DNA of 64,000 bases, taken from an uncultured delta proteobacterium. GTDB taxonomy: Bacteria > Myxococcota > Myxococcia > SLRQ01. The DNA lies in assembly GCA_963727485.1 (NCBI GenBank), contig CAVSGM010000005.1, positions 93,635-157,634 of the forward strand. The letters run 5' to 3'. The position numbers and the translations under genes were made by a program. Every line of letters starts with the position of its first letter. Position 1 is the stretch's first letter. Below the pieces are notes generated by a model. The model was not told where the DNA came from, searched no databases, and saw only the letters and a list, made by a program, of their open reading frames with translations. This document shows positions 1-10,032 of this stretch, in pieces.

Positions 1-1024
1 GCCCGGGCCCAGGTGGTGCTCTTCGTGGTCGACCCCTTCGGGCACCCGAAGACCGGGCGGCCCCCGGTCCTCGAGACCGATCGCGGGCGGGTGACCCGGC
101 CGGTGTCGGTGGGCCCGGGGCGGTGGCGGGCCTGGTACGTGGCGCCGGTCGGCGCAGGCGACGGCGCCGCCCACCTCTCGGTCCACTTCGGCCGCCGGGA
201 TCCCCTCCCGGGCCACGGTGGCGATCACCCTGGTCCCCGGGGCCCCGGCCACCGTCGCCGCCTCGGTGTCGCCCGCGGTGGTCCCGGCGCCCTCGAAGAC
301 CCCGGCGACGATCACCCTGGTGGTGCGCGACGCCGCCGGCCAGCCCGTCCCCGGCCCCCGGGTGACGGCGACGGCCACCCGGGGGCACCTCGGCAGGCCT
401 GAGGCCACGGCCACCGGCGCCCGCCTCGCCTACCACCCGCCGCCGACCCCGGAGGGCTGGTCGGACGCGGTGCGGCTCTCGGTGGCCGCGCCCCCCGGGA
501 CCCGGGCGGTGGCCGCCGGGTGGGCCAACCGGCGCCTCTGGCTCCTCGACCCGGTGGGCCGCCCGGTCCCCGGCGCCCGGGCGCGGATCGCCGGCGCCGA
601 GGTGAAGGCCGACGGCGAGGGGGCGGTGAAGGTCCCAGGCGACGGCGACCTCGAGGTCGCCCTGTCCCCGGGCCGGCCCAAGGTGACGGTGCACCGGTCG
701 GCGGACGCCAAGGGGCGGGTCCACGGCTGGCCCGAGGCCCCGGCGCCGGTGCCCGCCACCCTGGCGGTCCCGCTCATGGCCCCGCCCCCGGCGTGGGTCG
801 AGGTCCACCTGGCCCGGGCCGCCGGAGGGAAGGCCACGGTGCGGTGGAAGGTCACCGGGGCCCCCGGGGTGCGGAAGGTGGCCATCGTGGTGGGGACCGG
901 GGCGCCGGTGGACGCCTCCGGCCGCGCCGGGCGCCTGGTGGTCCCGGCGACGCCCGGGACCCTGGTGACCGTGACCAATCTGGAGACCGGCGTCGCCGCG
1001 GTGGCGACGGTGCCGGGGCACTAG
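1..1024 (+). CDS. Ig-like/invasin-type repeat surface protein, 5'-truncated by the window edge, frameshifted near 180-215
   Basis: ORF 13..402 (VLFVVDPFGHP...GRWRAWYVAP) continues in ORF 218..1024 (ATITLVVRDAAGQPVPG, LLDPVGRPVPGA); repeated beta-rich 'V.D..G.PV.G' Big-type motifs. Confidence 0.55.
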
Positions 1025-1034
1025 GAGACGCGAC

Positions 1035-4000
1035 GTGCGGCGAGGGTGGCGACAGGGGGCAGGGCGGGGCGTGGGCCTCCGGGGCACCGGGGGCCTCGCC
1101 GTCGTCCTCGCCGGGGCCCTCGCCCTCGGCCTCGGGGCCGCCGCCCGTCCCGCCCGGGCCCAGGTGTCCGAGGCGCCCCGGGCCGACGGGACCCTCCTCG
1201 GCCGGGTCTGCGCCGACGTGAACGGCGACGGCCGGTGCGAGGCCGGGGAGCCGGGCCTCGCGGACCTCCGGGTCCAGACCAGCACCGGCCTCTCTGCGAC
1301 CACCGACGCCACCGGCCGCTTCCACCTCGCCGCCGTCCCCGGCCGCACCCCGGCGACGGCCCCCGGGGGCGTGCCCCTCGAACGCCTGACCCAGGCGGTG
1401 GTCACCGTGGACGTGACGCCGCTGGGCCCCGGGACCCGGGCCCCGGCGCCGGTGTGGGTCGACCTGGTCCCCGGCGCGGTGCACCGCCTGTCCCTCGCCG
1501 TGGGCCTGCCCCGGCACCCGGCGGCGGCCCGGATCGAGGCGGGCGCCGGGCTCGGGGGCGGCCTCCGGGTGCGCCCGGGGGCCAAGGGCCCGGTGCTCCT
1601 GGTGCCGGCGAAGGTCCCGACCGGTCACACGGTCACCGTGGACGGCGCCAAGCTGACGGTGGGGGCCGCCGGCCGGGTGCAGATCCCGGTGCCGCTCGCC
1701 GGCCGGGCCCCGGCGGTGACCGTGGTCAATCTCGCCCCCGACGGCCGCCGGCGCGTCGCGGTGCAGCGGGTGCTCCGGGTCCCGCGACCCGAGGGCGGCG
1801 ACCTGCTGGTGCCCCAGCCCCTGGCCGTCCTCGCCACCGTGGACCTGCCCCCGGCGGGCGCGGCCCTGCCCCCGGGACGGCTCCGGGTGCCGATCTCCGC
1901 GCCCCCGGGCACCCAGGTGGGCGTCGCCAGCCCCACCGGCCACCTGGGGTCGATGACGGGCATCGGTCTCACGGTGGGCGACGCGGGCCACGCCGTGCTC
2001 TGGGTCCGGGTCCGCGGGCCGGGACCCCGGCGCCTGGAGGTCACGCCGCCGGGGGGCGAGCGGGTCGCCGTCCCCTTGGCCTACGCGGTGCGCGCGAGCG
2101 CCGGGAACACGGCCCTCCTCGCCGCGGACCTGCGCCTGGGCCTCGTAGGCGGGAAGCTCTACGGCGCCGGACGGATCACCGGCGTCGGCCGCCTCCACCT
2201 CCTGGGCGGCACCCTCACCGGGGTCCTCGACGCCGGGGACGCCGACGTGCGCCGCATCCAGGGCGGCGGGGGCGTGTGGACCCCGAGGCGCCCGGGGACG
2301 GTGGCCCGGTGGGCGGACCCGGTGACCGCCGGGGTCGCCTTCGGCGACGCCTCCACCACAAGCGACGCCAACCCCCTGGACCTGCCCCTCACCCTTGAGG
2401 TGGACCGGGCCCGCGGGGGCGGTGGCCCTGGGCGCCGCCCGCACCGGCCTGGTGACCGGGGAGGTCGGGCGCCTGGACGTACCCGTGGTCGGCCCGGCCC
2501 TCGACCTCCACGGCGACCTGGGGCCGGTGCGCCTCCGGGTCGCGGGCGCCGTGGACGCCTCGGCAATCCCCGCCGTCGCCGGCGACGCGGGCCTGGTGCC
2601 CATGCACGTGGAGCTCGCGGGCACCGGCGGCGCCGTCTACTGGCTCCCGGGGGCGCCGCTGGCCCCGGGCGCCGAGCGCATCTGGGTGGAGGTCCGGGAC
2701 CCGGTCACGGGGCTCGCCGCCAGCCGCCGGCGCCTGGTGCGGGGCCGCGACTACGACCTGGACCCGGTCACCGGGCGGCTGCTCCTCGCCGCGCCCCTCG
2801 GCCTCGCGGGCACCCCGCCCACCGGGCGCCTCGCCGCCTCGGGCCTCGGGTGGGAGACGGTGCTGGTGGTCGACGACGCCCGCCTCCCGGGCCCGGGGGA
2901 CGCCGAGACCGCCACCGGCGGGGGCGAGGTCCGGATCGGCGCCGCCGGGATCACCCTGGGGGTGCGCGCCGCCGGGGTGAACGCCGGGCGCTACGGGATG
3001 GTCGGCGCCACCCTGGAGGCGGCGCCGGTGTCCTGGGCGCGCCTCGACGCCAGCGTCGCCCGGAGCCACGGGTCGCCTCTGGGCCACGGCGACGCCCTCG
3101 GCTCCCGGGACGGGGGCCAGAGCTTCGTGAGCCTCGGGGACGAGCCCCTCCCGCCCTCCGGGCTCCCACCCGGCGTGATGCCGATCTCCCGGGCCGGCGC
3201 CGGGACCGCCTACGCCGTGCGCCTGCGCCTCGGGGATCCGTCGCAGACCGGGTTGATGCTCTGGGGCCGCTCGGTGGACCCGGGCTACCGCGACGGCACC
3301 CTCGACGCCCCGGAGGGCGAGCGGAGCTTCGGCGGGGCCGGTCGCCTCACCCTGGGCCCGGTGCGCCTCGCCGTGGACGGCGCCCGGCGCCTGGGCCGCA
3401 GCGCCCGGCTGGATCTGGGGGGCCGCGTCGACGCGCGCACCCTCGACGCCCGGGCCTCGGTGGCCCTGGGGCCTTTGACCCTCGCCGCCGAGGGCCAGTG
3501 GCACCGCCTGGCGGACGCCTCCCTGGGCCTCGACGGCAGCGCCACCGCCGCGGGCCTCGAGGTCGCCTGGCGCGTCCTCCCGCGGCTCACCGTCCTCGCC
3601 GGGCGCCTCCAGGGTCTGGCCCGGTCCGGCACCGGCCCCGGGGGCCTCGATCCCACCTTCACCTCGGTGGGCGTGCGCCTCCGGCTCCCCGGGGGCCGGC
3701 GCCTCGACGCCCGGGGCGGGCTCCACGACGACGGGCGCCCGGCGGCAAGCTTCCAGCTCACCGGCCCCGCCGGCCCCGGGGCCACCGCCTACACCGGCTT
3801 CGCGGCCACCGCCGACGGCCCCTGGACCGGCCAGGGGGTCAGCTCGGTGAGCGGGGCGCGGCAGGTGCTGATGCCCGGCGTCGCCGTCTACGCCGAGTCC
3901 CGGGTCGACGCCGGAAACGTCCTCGGGGGCCCGGCGGTGGCCGGGGCGTCGATGCCGGCCGGGGACGCGGCCCTCCCGTCCGCCGGCGCGCCCACCGCCG

Positions 4001-4794
4001 GGGACGCGGTCGGGGGCACCCTGGCCTCCGGGGCGCTGCACCTGGGCCTCGCCTACGAGCGCGCCCGGCGCCTCGACAATCCAGCGGCCCGGGTCCGCGA
4101 CGCGGTCCACGGACGGGTCGGCCTGGTGGTCCCGGGCCTCTCGGTCTCGGCCTTCGGCGAGGTCATCCGGGTGCCCGCCCTCGACGGTGGGCCCTTCGAG
4201 CGCCAGTGGGCCGCCGGCCTCACGGCCACGGGTGCCCCCACCCGGACCCTGGCCCTCGGGGGCGCCTTCGAGATCGAGCGGACGCCCCTGGACCCGGGCC
4301 CCGGCCTCCGGGGCGTCGCCGACGTCACCTGGCGCCCGGTCGCGGCCCCCGTCGTCGGCCTCCACTACGGCCTCCGGCAGGATCGCCGCGCCGGGGACGG
4401 GCTGCGCCACCGGACCCACCTCGGGCGCCTGACCCTGGTGGCCGGGGGGCTCCCGGGCCCGGAGCTCACGGTGGTCGGGCGCCTCGCCGTCGACGAGGTC
4501 CTCGACGCGCCGCCACTGCGCACCGCGGCGCGGGCGGCGGTGGCCGAGGCCCGCCTCGGGTGGCCGGTGTGGCGCCTGGAGCCGGCCATAGAGCTCGGCG
4601 TCCGCCGGGTCTGGGGCGGCCGGCTCCCGGCGGCCACGGATCCCACGGCGAGGGTGGAGGTCACGGTGAAGCTGGCGACCTTCCAGGTGGGGGTCGGCGC
4701 GGTGCTCGCGGGCTTCGCCGGGACCGGCCTTCAGACCGCCACCGGGGATCCGGTGCCGCCGCGGATCTACCTCGTGCTCCGGGGGACCCTGTGA
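1035..4794 (+). CDS. Large outer-membrane protein: signal peptide, SdrD B-like domain, Ig-like middle and predicted C-terminal beta-barrel; frameshift near 2393
   Basis: Signal peptide ending ARPARAQ; GRVCADVNGDGRCEAGEPGL...TTDATGRFH (SdrD-B/EF-hand-like); reading continues in ORF 2395..4794 with ERIWVEVRDP...LVRGRDYDLDPVTGRLLLAAPL and amphipathic strands ending IYLVLRGTL. Confidence 0.65.
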
Positions 4795-4844
4795 GCCGGC
4801 GACCCCAGGTGCGCACCGCCTCCCGGCGCGGTACCCTCTACCCG

Positions 4845-7596
4845 ATGTCCCGCCGGGCCCGAACGCGCCGGCGCGGCGCGGCCTCCGTGGCCCGCCTCGC
4901 CGCCGCCCTCCTCGCCGCCGGTCTGACGGCCGCCGTCCCCGGCGTCGCCCGGGCCCAGGCCTTCCACGCCGTGGCGCCCGCCCAGCTCCCGGCGGCGCCC
5001 ATCCAGGACCTGGTGGTGCGGGGGGGCACGGGCTGGGCGGCGGCCTGGGACGGGAGCACGGTGACCGTCTACCCGGTGACCTTCTCCACCACCGCGCCGC
5101 CGACGGTGGGAGCCACCGCGGCCACCAGCTTCGCCTCGACGACCGCCCCGGACCTCGCCTACGACGGAACCATCGTCCTGGTGACCAGCTCCGGGGGCCT
5201 CCACCGCCGCGACGCCACCGGCGCCTGGACCCTGCCACCCCTCGCCGGGCTCCTCGGGGCCCGGGGCGTGGGCCTCGACGCCAGCGGCACGGTGGGGACC
5301 GCCGCCCTCACCGCCGTCCCGGCGGCGGGCAACGTGGGCGTGAGCGGCGACACCGGGGCCACCTGGACGGCGAGCACGGTGGGCAGCGTCTCGTCGTCCT
5401 ACGAGCGGGTGGCGGTGTGGGGGCAGGGCGTCGTCCTGGTCCCCGCCAGCGTCCCCGACACCCTCATGGGCAGCACCAACGGCGGGAGCACCTGGACCGC
5501 GCTCCAGGCGTCGTCGACGGGCCTGGACGGCACCGCCGACGTCCTGGCCACCGCCTCGGGCTTCCTGGTGGTCGGCCCCGCCGGCGCCTTCCTCGCCACC
5601 CCCGACGCCGGGACCCCGGTCACCGATCTGAGCGACGCCGGGGGCCCGGGCTTCATCCGGGTGGGCGACGACGGGACCCTGGCCTGGATCCTCGACGCCG
5701 CCGGCGGCCTCTGGGACGTGGACCCCACGGCGCCGACCTGGCCCGCCGCCGCGCCCTTCGACACCACGGTGACCACGCCGCTGGCCCTCTCGGTGGACGG
5801 GCCCGACCAGAATCCTGGTGGCCGGCCAGGCGGGTGGGGCGCCGGCCCTGGTGTGGCGCAACCGGCCGCCGGTGATCACCACTCCGCCTGCGGCGACGAG
5901 CCTCACCGAGGGGGGCTCCGGCGTCGACCTCACCGTCGCCGGCACCGACCCCGACGGAGACCCGGTGACCGCCGCCTGGACCTGCCCGGGCCTCACCGGG
6001 GCGGCCTTCTCCCCGGCGGCCGGTCTCACCACCCACCTCACCGTCGCCGACGACCCGAGCTTCTGCCCGGCGGACCCGGCCAAGGTCGTGGACTGCAGCG
6101 TCACCCTCGCCGACCCCGAGCCGCGCACCTCGGCGGCCGGGACCTTCCAGGTCACCGTCGCCGGCGCCGACACCACCGCGCCCACGGTGGCGACCCCGGT
6201 GATCTCGCCTGCGGGCCAGGTGACCCCGGGGACGGCCATGAGCGCCACGGTGACCGCCAGCGACGCCTGCGGGATCCACGGCCAGGCCTGGGAGGTGCGG
6301 GATCCGTCGGGGAACGTGGTCCCCGGGGACACCGGGACCGGGGCGACCTTCAGCTTCGCGGCGCCGCCGGTCGTGGCCGGGGCGCCGACGGTCTACACGG
6401 TCCACGTGACCGTGAGCGACCCCAACGGGAACAGCGCCACCGGCGACGCCACGTTCACCGTGGTCCCGGCGGCGCCGGCGATCACCGTGGGCTGCCCGGC
6501 GTCGCTCCCGGCGGGCCAGACCACCACCGTGCGCGCCACGCCCACCGCCGCCAGCGGGCCGGTGGACTCGGTGAGCTGGACCCCGGCGCCTCCGGGGCAG
6601 GGGGACGTGGCCACCACGATCGCCGCCGACGGGAGCCTGGCGCTCACCCCCGACGCCTGCGCGCCCGCGGAGACCGTGGACATTGCCGCCACCGCCACCG
6701 GGCCCGGGGGGACCTCGGCCGTGGTGACCTGCCCGGCGGTGCCGGTGGTCCCCGGGCCCCACGCGCCCACGGTGGACGTGCCCGCGTCGCTCACGGTGCC
6801 GCTGGGGCCGGCCGGCGGCCAGGCGACCCTCACCGCCACCGTGGGCAGCGGCTGCGCCGGCGCCACCGTGGCCCTGGCCTGGGACCTCTCGGGGCTCCCG
6901 GCGGCGGCCCGGCCCGCCTCGCCGCCCGTAGGCGGGGCGCCCGGGGCCTACGACCTGCCCATCTCCGTGGCGGCGGCGGACGTGGCGGCGGTCCTCGGGC
7001 CCACCGGTGCGCGCACGGCGACGGTCCGGCTCACGGTCACCGACGACGCCGGCGGGACCCCGGTGACCAAGACCATCTCCGTGCACTTCGTCGCCCGGGC
7101 CACCCTGGCGGTGGACCTGTCGCTCCCCGGGCGCCGGTCGGTGGCCCCCGGGGACCTGGTGGCGGTGACGGCCACGGTCCACGCCGACGTGCCCCTCGGG
7201 GGCCTCGCCCTCGACCTCGCCGGCCGGGGGCTCACGCCGGTGCCGGGGACCGCGTCGGCCGTGGCCGGGGTCTGCGGCGCCGGCACCCCGCGCCTGGTGG
7301 CGGGGAAGGGTGGGGCCGTGACCCTGGGCCTCGGCGACGTCGGGGGCGGCTGTGATCGCGTGGTCCGGTTCCTCGCCCGACGGGGCTTCGGCGAGGGGGC
7401 CCTCTCGGTCACCCGCTGCACCTGGGGCGGCGGAAACCAGGTGAGCTGCGCCGGGGGGCTCACGGTGGCGCGGGGCTCGGTGGTCGGGTGCAGCGCCGCC
7501 GGGGGGCCGGCGGGGTGGGGGAGCCTCCTGGTGGTCCTCGGGCTCGTGGCCCTCCGGCGCCGGCGCTCCCGGCTCCCCGGTGTCGGCCCCGTGTGA
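4845..7596 (+). CDS. MYXO-CTERM-anchored surface protein (BNR/beta-propeller-like N-terminus, PKD/Ig-like repeats, DUF11-like domain); frameshift near 5811
   Basis: ATG at 4845 with signal peptide (VARAQ); Asp-box-like SGDTGATW and STNGGSTW; ORF 5818..7596 ends GCSAAGGPAGWGSLLVVLGLVALRRRR, the typical MYXO-CTERM pattern. Confidence 0.7.
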
Positions 7597-7612
7597 TAGA
7601 CCGTCGGGCGCC

Positions 7613-8641
7613 ATGGCCTTCGAAGACGTCCTCGGCCACGACCGGCCCCTGGGCCAGCTCCGCGCCGCCCTCGCCTCCGGTCGGGTCCACCACGCCTACC
7701 TCTTCACCGGCCCCGAGGGGGTCGGCAAGGAGCGCGTGGCCCTGCGCCTGGCCCAGGCCCTCGAGTGCCTCGCCGACGACCCGGCGGCGCGGCCCTGTCT
7801 TGCCTGCGACGCCTGCCGCCGGGTCGAGCACGGGAACCACCCCGACGTGGTCCTGGCCATGCCCGAGGCCGAGCGGGTGGCGCGCAAGCTGCTCTCGCGC
7901 GGCGACCTCGACAAGGCGCCCAGCCGCGACCTGCGGGTCGCCGACATCCGGGCCCTGGAGCACCGCATCCGCCTCCCGGCCACCGAGGGGCGCCACAAGG
8001 TCATCATCGTGGTCCCCGCCGAGCGGATGAACCAGGCGGCCCAGAACGCCCTGCTCAAGACCCTCGAGGAGCCCCCGGCGGCGACCACGCTCATCCTGGT
8101 CACCGCGGCCGAGGGGGCGCTCCTGCCCACCATCCGCTCCCGGTGCGCCCGGGTGGTCTTCGCGCCCCTGCCGGTGGAGCTGGTGGCGGCCGAGGTGGCG
8201 TCGCGCACCGGGGTCGACGCCGGCACCGCCCGGGTGGTGGCCACCCTGGCCGGCGGCTCCCTGGGCGCGGCCCTGGCGCTCGATCCGGAGACCGTCGCCG
8301 CCCGGCAGTCCCTGGTGGCCGCGGTGCGCGCCCTGGATCCGGCCGACGGCCTCTCGCTCACCGGCTTCGCCGACGCCTTCGCCCCCGACCGGGACACCGC
8401 CGACCGCAACCTGGGCCTGGTGGCCCTCTGGTACCGGGACGTCCTGGCGGTGCAGGCGGGCGCCGATCGGGCGCTGCTGGCCAACGCCGACCTCGAGGCC
8501 GAGGCCCGCGCCGACGCCGAGCGCCACGGGCCCCGGGCCCTCCTCGGGCGCCTGGCGGCGGTGGACGTCGCCCGGCGTGACCTTGGGCGCAACGTCAACC
8601 CCCGCCTCGCCCTCGAGGCCATGGTCGCGAGGTTCCCCTGA
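7613..8641 (+). CDS. holB: DNA polymerase III subunit delta'
   Basis: HHAYLFTGPEGVGK, zinc module CLACDAC, HPDV, AQNALLKTLEEP, LLPTIRSRC. Confidence 0.95.
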   Translation: MAFEDVLGHDRPLGQLRAALASGRVHHAYLFTGPEGVGKERVALRLAQALECLADDPAARPCLACDACRRVEHGNHPDVVLAMPEAERVARKLLSRGDLDKAPSRDLRVADIRALEHRIRLPATEGRHKVIIVVPAERMNQAAQNALLKTLEEPPAATTLILVTAAEGALLPTIRSRCARVVFAPLPVELVAAEVASRTGVDAGTARVVATLAGGSLGAALALDPETVAARQSLVAAVRALDPADGLSLTGFADAFAPDRDTADRNLGLVALWYRDVLAVQAGADRALLANADLEAEARADAERHGPRALLGRLAAVDVARRDLGRNVNPRLALEAMVARFP

Positions 8642-9957
8642 TGGCCGGCGGACCCACCGTGGCGCAGCTCCTCGCCGACGCCAAGGCCGGGGACCTGGCG
8701 CCGGTCTACCTCTTCTCCGGCGACGAGTTCCTGGTCCGCCAGGCCGTCGACCAGCTGGTGGACCAGGTGGTCCCCGCGGGCGCCCGGGACTTCAACCTGG
8801 TGCGCCTCGACGGCGCCGAGGCCGACGCCCGGGCCATCGCCGGCCACCTGGCCCAGGTGCCCATGTTCCCCGGGGTCAAGCTGGTGGTGGTCCACGACAC
8901 CACGCTGCTCACCGGCAAGGCCGACCTCACCGCCGAGGTCACCCGGGCGCTGACCCTGCTGGCCGACGACAAGCCCGTCCCCGCGGCCCGGCGGATCCTC
9001 GCGGTGCTGGCCAAGGGCGGGTGGGCCGTCGCCGACCTCACCGACGCCTCGCCGGGCAAGTGGCACAAGGACCTGGGCGTCGACCCCGACGCCCTCGACG
9101 CCGACGCCCTGGCGCGTCTGCGGCAGGTGGCCGAGGCCGAGGGCATGAAGGTGCCCGAGTCCGAGACCGACACCCTGGAGAAGCTCCTCGACGGGGGCGC
9201 GCCCGGGCAGAACCGCCTGGTGCTCACCTGCGCCAAGCCCGACCGGCGCCTGACCATCACCAAGCGCATCGAGAAGCTCGGGGTCCACGTCCACCTCGAG
9301 GCGGAGCAGAAGGGCCGGAGCGTCGACACCCTCGACATCGGCGCGGTCACCTCCCGCATCCTCGGCGACCACGGCAAGCGCCTCGACCGGGAGGCCGAGC
9401 TCGCCCTGAAGCGGGCCATCGGCGGGGAGATGCGCCTGCTGGCCGGTGAGCTGGAGAAGCTCTGCCTCTACGTCGGCGACCGCAAGGTCATCACCACCGG
9501 CGACGTGCTCGCCGTGGGCGTCACCCGGGTCCGCGAGGAGGCGTTCTGGGAGCTGGGGAGCGCCGCCACCGAGCGCAACCTCCGGGCGGCGCTCTGGTTC
9601 GCCCACGACGCCTTCGACCACGGGCGCCACCCCATCCCCATGGTGGCGAGCATCGCCTCGGCGCTCCGGCGGACCCTCCAGGTGCGCACCGTCGCCGATC
9701 GCCACGGGGTGCGCGGGCGGCCGCGGCAGCTCCCGCCGGCGGTGGTCGACGAGGTGGCCGCGGTGCGCGGCGGCAAGAAGCCGCACCCCTTCGCGCTGCT
9801 CAAGGAGTGGGAGCGGAGCATGGCCTGGCGGTCGAGCGGCGCCCTGGCCGAGGGCCTCGCCCTCTGCCGCGACGCCGACCGGGACCTCAAGACCTCCCGG
9901 GGCGCGCCGCGGCTGGTGGTCGAGCGCCTCCTGATGCGCCTCTGCGCCGAGGGGTAG
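8641..9957 (+). CDS. holA: DNA polymerase III subunit delta
   Basis: PVYLFSGDEFL, FNLVRLDG, PMFPGVKLVVV, ELEKLCLY, DRDLKTS; its start overlaps the holB stop (TGATG). Confidence 0.85.
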   Translation: MAGGPTVAQLLADAKAGDLAPVYLFSGDEFLVRQAVDQLVDQVVPAGARDFNLVRLDGAEADARAIAGHLAQVPMFPGVKLVVVHDTTLLTGKADLTAEVTRALTLLADDKPVPAARRILAVLAKGGWAVADLTDASPGKWHKDLGVDPDALDADALARLRQVAEAEGMKVPESETDTLEKLLDGGAPGQNRLVLTCAKPDRRLTITKRIEKLGVHVHLEAEQKGRSVDTLDIGAVTSRILGDHGKRLDREAELALKRAIGGEMRLLAGELEKLCLYVGDRKVITTGDVLAVGVTRVREEAFWELGSAATERNLRAALWFAHDAFDHGRHPIPMVASIASALRRTLQVRTVADRHGVRGRPRQLPPAVVDEVAAVRGGKKPHPFALLKEWERSMAWRSSGALAEGLALCRDADRDLKTSRGAPRLVVERLLMRLCAEG

Positions 9958-10032
9958 GACCCGGACGCACCTGGGCTGACGTGGCTTGGGGACCGCAGGG
10001 CTTGGTAGAGTGTCCGCTGGAGGGACATCACC

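Noticed and set aside
1035..7355. 2106-aa ORF as one giant protein
   Set aside because: It is a chimera of the N-termini of two real genes joined by out-of-frame Arg/Pro/Gly-rich translation caused by frameshifts and stop-codon scarcity.
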